Below are positions 58,996 to 64,000 of a DNA stretch of 64,000 bases, one piece after another. Source of the stretch: an uncultured Verrucomicrobiae bacterium. GTDB taxonomy: Bacteria; Verrucomicrobiota; Verrucomicrobiia; Limisphaerales; Palsa-1400. Positions within the stretch are counted from its first letter, which is position 1. The number at the start of each line of letters is the position of its first letter. The notes beneath the pieces are model-generated. The model saw only the letters and a list, made by a program, of their open reading frames with translations. It did no database searches and was not told the DNA's origin. Location of the stretch: contig OY969763.1 of the NCBI GenBank assembly GCA_963702845.1, positions 1,568,001 through 1,632,000 of the forward strand, in the 5' to 3' direction. A program made the translations under genes and the position numbers.

Positions 58996-60423
58996 TTATT
59001 TCAAAGGCAGCAAAAGTGAGAACACGAATGTTGTTACAAATCCAATTACGGAGATAGCCGCCAAAAGAACTGACCAACTGGACAAGGTTTCGCGCTCGGT
59101 AAATCCAGTTAATTTGCTGACGACCCAAAATCCGCTGTCATTCATCCAGGACACGCCCATCGCACCAAAGCCGATCGACAGGAATAGATAGATGGGATGA
59201 TACGGCAACGGGCTTGCTGTCATGATTGGGTAGATCATCGAACTGGTCGCCAACATGGCCACGGTCGCTGACCCTTGTGCGATACGAAGGACCAAAGCAA
59301 TTGCGTAGGAAAGGACGACGAGGTTGATGTGATGGTCTTTGGTCATGAACTGAATGGCATCACCGACTCCAGCGTTTTTCAGCATCAACCCAAATGCGCC
59401 CCCAGCGCTCGTAATGAGGATAACGACGCCAGCAGTTTGCAAAGGCGGATCGAGGAGTTCGCCGATTTGGCGGAGCGACATTTTTTTGAAGCGTGCCAGA
59501 ACGATCACGGCTATGACTGCTCCGACGAGCAGCGCGATATTTTTGTTCCCGATGAATTCCATAAAATGCCAAGGAGAATTCAAAGGGGCGATTACCTTTA
59601 CCAGAGATGCTCCGCCTATAAGCAGAATCGGAAGTATAACGGGAAGAATTGATGGGATGAATCCGGGCAGTTCCGATTCCGGGCGCGCGATACTTTTATG
59701 CAGGTCTTTCCACGGAAATCCGGGAGTTTCACGTAATTGAAAGTTGAGCCTTTTGTTCAGTCGCCGGGCGACCAGCCAGCCCCCAAAAGCCGGGACGATG
59801 CCGACAAGAAGTCCTGCAACGACCGAGAAGCCGACATCAATTTTTAAATTGTCGACCATCGCCATGGGCCCGGGGTGCGGGACGATCATCGAATGTGTCA
59901 CAACGCCGCCCGCGCAAATCGCGAGGACATAGAGCAAATAATCTTTGCCCGTGCGCAGCGCCAACGTCATTGCCAGCGGCAACATCAGCAAAAACATGGT
60001 ATCGAAGAAAATCGGGATCGAGAGAACGTAAGTGCTCAATAAAAGCGCAAGGCTTGCCTGGTTTTCACCGAACACTGCAAGAAACCTGCGCACGACTTTA
60101 TCGGCGGCACCACTTTCCATCAGGCACACGGCGATAACACACGCCAAGCCGATAGCGATCCCTATCGCGCCAGCAGTGCGTCCGAATTCGGTGGTAGTCA
60201 GTTCCACAGCGCGAACGCAGTGTTCAACGACCGAATGTCCGGTCTCGTCCGGTAGACGGCTGGACAGAATTCCGGCAATCAGCGCAGCCGCAATCAGCGC
60301 CAGGAACGCATGGATGCGCAACACAGAAATTGCCGTGATGACGAACACCAACGATACAATCAAAACGACAAATGGCCAAAGCGCCCCGTGCTCAAGAGGT
60401 GTCACTGCCAGTTCAGAAAACAT
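58996..60423 (-). CDS. GntP-family permease
   Basis: IPIFFD, VPHPGP, RIAQGSATVA, WMNDSGFW. Confidence 0.92.
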   Translation of the reverse strand: MFSELAVTPLEHGALWPFVVLIVSLVFVITAISVLRIHAFLALIAAALIAGILSSRLPDETGHSVVEHCVRAVELTTTEFGRTAGAIGIAIGLACVIAVCLMESGAADKVVRRFLAVFGENQASLALLLSTYVLSIPIFFDTMFLLMLPLAMTLALRTGKDYLLYVLAICAGGVVTHSMIVPHPGPMAMVDNLKIDVGFSVVAGLLVGIVPAFGGWLVARRLNKRLNFQLRETPGFPWKDLHKSIARPESELPGFIPSILPVILPILLIGGASLVKVIAPLNSPWHFMEFIGNKNIALLVGAVIAVIVLARFKKMSLRQIGELLDPPLQTAGVVILITSAGGAFGLMLKNAGVGDAIQFMTKDHHINLVVLSYAIALVLRIAQGSATVAMLATSSMIYPIMTASPLPYHPIYLFLSIGFGAMGVSWMNDSGFWVVSKLTGFTERETLSSWSVLLAAISVIGFVTTFVFSLLLPLK

Positions 60424-60650
60424 CGATGGCTGAGTATGACCAGACTGCCTCTGGTTTTGCCAATGCCGTTTTAGCGTGCGGGACAGGCGTGATTCGTCAT
60501 CAGGTTTTTCTCGGACGGTGTAATCGGACAAACTACTTATTGAACGCAGTAGAGGAGCGCCTAGGTTCGTACTAGGAAAAGGTGAAAATGATAGTCAGAG
60601 GAACCTTCCGCCGAGGACCTTCCTTTGGCGCATATGAAAGGAGTAAGTAT

Positions 60651-61295
60651 ATGGCTATCGAAACTAACAGAGTTGCTTACGAAGATGAAATTGCATCAAA
60701 AACTTCATCTCTACGTGAGCCGGAACATCACGGAACTTACGAATCGGAGCGCACAGAGCATAAAATTGCAGCGGGAGGGATTGGATTGGCGGCCCTGCTG
60801 GGGTTGGTGTCCGTTGTGCTAGCGATCGTTGGGTTGGTGAATGTTGCGCCATTCTATATGGCTGGCATCAGCGCGGTCGCGTTAGGGGTCGCTTGGTTGT
60901 TGGCGGGGGGATTCAGCAGGGAATGGTTTACCTCGCCGCGCGAACACTTCTTCTATGAAGGCGAAGGTGCGATGAGCACAGAGGTGATGGCGGGCGTGGC
61001 CGGAATCGTTCTGGGAATCCTCGCGTTAATGGGAGTGGTTCCTGGCATCTTGCTGCCAGTCGCAGTGTTGGCATTTGGCATATCGTTGTTTATGTCCAGC
61101 TGGGTGAGTGCAACTCAGTTCTCTGGCATCAAATGTCTGACCGGCTTGTCTGGAATTGTGCTTGGTATTCTTGCGCTCACTGTTGCGTCGCCCCTGGCTT
61201 TGATCCTTGTGGGCTTTTTGACACTTGGATTTGGCACGTTGTTTAGCGGCTCAATGATGAGCAGCAGATATATGTTCGCCGCACACGGCGCATAA
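60651..61295 (+). CDS. Multi-pass membrane protein with internal repeats
   Basis: AAGGAG RBS; repeated G..GIVLGILAL helices. Confidence 0.8.
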   Translation: MAIETNRVAYEDEIASKTSSLREPEHHGTYESERTEHKIAAGGIGLAALLGLVSVVLAIVGLVNVAPFYMAGISAVALGVAWLLAGGFSREWFTSPREHFFYEGEGAMSTEVMAGVAGIVLGILALMGVVPGILLPVAVLAFGISLFMSSWVSATQFSGIKCLTGLSGIVLGILALTVASPLALILVGFLTLGFGTLFSGSMMSSRYMFAAHGA

Positions 61296-61314
61296 TTACT
61301 GAAAAGTTCCTCGC

Positions 61315-61352
61315 AACCCCTTTCGCCTCGACGGCGAAAGGGGTTTTTATTT
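61315..61352 (+). terminator. Rho-independent terminator
   Basis: AACCCCTTTCGCC-TCGAC-GGCGAAAGGGG-TTTTTATTT. Confidence 0.88.
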
Positions 61353-61388
61353 GCTTCCAACCTTCCGCCTGAGCCAACATCGGCCGCC

Positions 61389-63071
61389 ATGTTGAGACTC
61401 GTTGCTGTTGTTGTAATAACATTCGTTTGCATTGTCTGCTCGTTTGCCTCAGACCTCGCGAGCGGCACTAATGGCATTGTAGCCAGTGTAAACGACGTTG
61501 CGACGCTCGCCGGAATCGATGCGATGAAACGCGGTGGCAATGCTGTGGATGCGGCGGTAGCGACGGCGCTGACGTTGGGCGTGGTCGACGGTTTTAATTC
61601 GGGTATCGGCGGTGGATGTTTCATGCTCATCCGCCGCAGCAATGGTAAAATCCTGGCGATTGACGGTCGCGAAATGGCGCCTTCCGCAGCAACACGTGAC
61701 ATGTTCGTCCGCAATGGCACAGGCGACACTGAGTTGAGTCAGATAGGGCCATTGGCCAGCGGTGTTCCCGGCGCGTTGGCGGCCTACGATTTAGCTTTGC
61801 GGAAAGCGGGAAAACTCAGTCTTCGCGATCACTTGCTTCACGCAGCGCAACTCGCGGAAGATGGTTTTCGGATTGATCGCGGATATGCCAGCACGTTGCA
61901 GCACACGACAAATGAGCTGGTTAAATTCGATGGATCTCGCGCGGTATTTTTCAAACCTGATGGGACAACTTATGCAAAGGGCGATCTGTTCCGGCAGCCG
62001 GATCTGGCCAACACTTACCGACAGGTTGCAACGCATGGATTAAAATGGTTCTACGGTGGACCCTTCGCGCAGTCGACAGAAGCCTGGATGAAACGTAATG
62101 GCGGGATCATGACGGCGCGCGATCTTTCGAATTACAAGGCTATCATTCGTGAGCCGATTTCAACGACGTATCGCGGGTATGAAGTTGTCTCTTTTCCACC
62201 GCCCAGTTCGGGCGGAGTCCATCTGTTGGAGATGCTAAACATCCTTGAAACGAAAAACGTAAAAGCGTTGGGGTCCGAAACGGTCGACAGCCTGCACCTG
62301 ATTGCTGAATCGATGAAGCTGGCATTTGCGGATCGCGCCTACTGGTTAGGGGACCCGGATTTTACAAAGGTTCCGCGCGGTTTAGTTGCGAAGGACTACG
62401 CGCACAAACTTGCTGCAAAAATCGACATGCAACACGCGATCACCGTTGCAGGTCATAGTACTCCGGACGATGCGAGTGAGAACGTGTTTCGAAAGCACAC
62501 CACCCATTTTTCGACCGCCGATCGCGAAGGCAATTGGGTCGCTTGCACGGCGACGGTGAATACGAGCTTCGGTTCGAAAGTGGTCATCCCTGGCACTGGC
62601 GTCGTGTTGAATAACGAAATGGATGACTTTTCGGTTCAGCCCGGCGTTGCCAATTTCTTTGGTTTGGTGGGCAACGAAGCTAACGCGGTCGCTCCGGGAA
62701 AACGTCCACTCTCCAGCATGACTCCAACGATCGTGCTGAAGGACAGCCAGCCTATCATGTCGGTTGGAGCCGCTGGCGGCCCGACGATTATTAGCCAGAC
62801 GTTGTTGAACATCGTCAACGTGCTCGATTTTGGCATGCCTCTCGACAAAGCCCTCGCTGCGCCGCGAATTCATCATCAATGGAGTCCTGATGAACTGCGC
62901 GTTGAAAAAAGCGTCAGCACAATCGCGGTAGATGGACTTGAGGAACGCGGCCACAAAGTGAAAGTGGTGTCAGGCCTGGGGGTTTCCCAAGCGGTGATGA
63001 GAGCAGCAGATGGGAAGACGTTCGTGGGTGTGGCGGATCCGAGGGCAGGGGGAACAGCTCGCGGTTGGTAG
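61389..63071 (+). CDS. ggt: Gamma-glutamyltransferase
   Basis: GGNAVDAAVA, IDGREMAP, HTTHFS, LNNEMDDF, PGKRPLSSM. Confidence 0.96.
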   Translation: MLRLVAVVVITFVCIVCSFASDLASGTNGIVASVNDVATLAGIDAMKRGGNAVDAAVATALTLGVVDGFNSGIGGGCFMLIRRSNGKILAIDGREMAPSAATRDMFVRNGTGDTELSQIGPLASGVPGALAAYDLALRKAGKLSLRDHLLHAAQLAEDGFRIDRGYASTLQHTTNELVKFDGSRAVFFKPDGTTYAKGDLFRQPDLANTYRQVATHGLKWFYGGPFAQSTEAWMKRNGGIMTARDLSNYKAIIREPISTTYRGYEVVSFPPPSSGGVHLLEMLNILETKNVKALGSETVDSLHLIAESMKLAFADRAYWLGDPDFTKVPRGLVAKDYAHKLAAKIDMQHAITVAGHSTPDDASENVFRKHTTHFSTADREGNWVACTATVNTSFGSKVVIPGTGVVLNNEMDDFSVQPGVANFFGLVGNEANAVAPGKRPLSSMTPTIVLKDSQPIMSVGAAGGPTIISQTLLNIVNVLDFGMPLDKALAAPRIHHQWSPDELRVEKSVSTIAVDGLEERGHKVKVVSGLGVSQAVMRAADGKTFVGVADPRAGGTARGW

Positions 63072-63094
63072 CTACCAATAGCGTTTTTTGCTAA

Positions 63095-63598
63095 CTACTT
63101 CGCCGGAAGGCCATGCTTCCTCACGATGGCCTGAACGGCTTCGTGCAGGATGTGCATTTTGAACGGCTTCCAGAGGATCATTCCGCGTACTTCACGGATG
63201 AACTCGGTAACCTTGGTATCGTTATGGTTGCCGGTCATGAAAATGAACCGTTTGCAGAGCTGCGGCTTAACCCGCTCAACGGCTTTGTAAAACATGTCGC
63301 CGGCGAGGTTCGGCATGAGCATGTCGCAAAGGACGATTGAAAAGTCTTCGTGGATAACTCGTTTAATCCCTTCGACGCCATCTTTCGCATAAACTACCGA
63401 AAAGCCCCAATCTTCGAAATATTCACGCACGATACTGGCGAAGTCAAAATCGTCCTCGAGAATCAGAACCTTATGCAAACCCGACGTGCGCGCAAATTTC
63501 TCAAGGTCATGGCGTTGCTCGCCAAAAATCTTGATAACGTGCCGTTGGCCAGATTTTTTCTCGTCCATCCCTCTATTTGTGGTGTTTTCGGTCGGCAT
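63095..63598 (-). CDS. Response regulator receiver protein
   Basis: LILEDD, LCDMLMP, FMTG, KPF; start uncertain. Confidence 0.88.
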   Translation of the reverse strand: MPTENTTNRGMDEKKSGQRHVIKIFGEQRHDLEKFARTSGLHKVLILEDDFDFASIVREYFEDWGFSVVYAKDGVEGIKRVIHEDFSIVLCDMLMPNLAGDMFYKAVERVKPQLCKRFIFMTGNHNDTKVTEFIREVRGMILWKPFKMHILHEAVQAIVRKHGLPAK

Positions 63599-63672
63599 GT
63601 CAATTCTGCGAATTATGCCTAAAAGCAATTTTTCTGCCTACCTGCTCGGGTTTTCGCTATCGTAGATTATTT

Positions 63673-64000
63673 ATGAGGCCGCGCGTTATTTTGCATTTGG
63701 ATATGGACGCGTTCTATGCCTCCGTCGAGCAGCGGGACAATCCGGAACTGCGTGGCAAGCCGGTTATTGTGGGCAGCCCTCCAACCCAACGCGGTGTTGT
63801 CGCTGCGGCAAGCTACGAAGCACGCAAGTTTGGCGTTCGATCGGCTCTCCCAAGCGTCACAGCCGGACGCCTTTGCCCTAACGGTGTTTTCATTCGGCCG
63901 CGAATGGAGCATTATCGTGCTGAATCGCACCACATCATGGCGATTTTGGCGGATTGTGGCGCCGATGTGGAACGGACGTCGATCGATGAAGCGTATCTGG
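63673..64000 (+). CDS. dinB: DNA polymerase IV (partial, runs off the window)
   Basis: [44 protein letters not shown]. Confidence 0.95.
   Translation, partial: MRPRVILHLDMDAFYASVEQRDNPELRGKPVIVGSPPTQRGVVAAASYEARKFGVRSALPSVTAGRLCPNGVFIRPRMEHYRAESHHIMAILADCGADVERTSIDEAYL

Overview
Moderately GC-rich bacterial DNA. PEP-CTERM protein, large Ig/passenger-repeat surface proteins and the style of the REP-like palindromes suggest a Verrucomicrobiota-like (PVC) organism (inference). From left to right: (1) a broken, truncated RHS/YD-repeat gene; (2) a bacterial microcompartment operon led by an RpiB-DeoC fusion (sugar-phosphate-utilisation type), interrupted by a four-helix-bundle gene flanked by inverted 7-bp repeat arrays; (3) two giant secreted Ig-rich proteins with a near-identical C-terminus and terminator, bracketing a TMTC-like GT-C/TPR glycosyltransferase; (4) ccsA-like/hemA/hemC and a polar amino-acid ABC transporter; (5) a minus-strand integron cassette array (attI-like site, 7 attC sites, 8 cassettes, no integrase in the window), with an IS110-family element inside one attC; the element carries a structured right-end non-coding region with attC-like words; (6) housekeeping and accessory genes: TlpA-TPR, MBL hydrolase, GspE/PilB, GH2, orphan CheR-kinase-regulator, M20, flippase, GT2, split LigD, PagL-like, YmdB, pheT, ExbB/TonB, beta-helix enzyme, GntP, ggt, dinB. 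Single-base frameshifts in several genes, including essential pheT, point to assembly indel errors. No rRNA, tRNA or CRISPR array was recognised. All annotations come from motif recognition by eye; no database searches were run.
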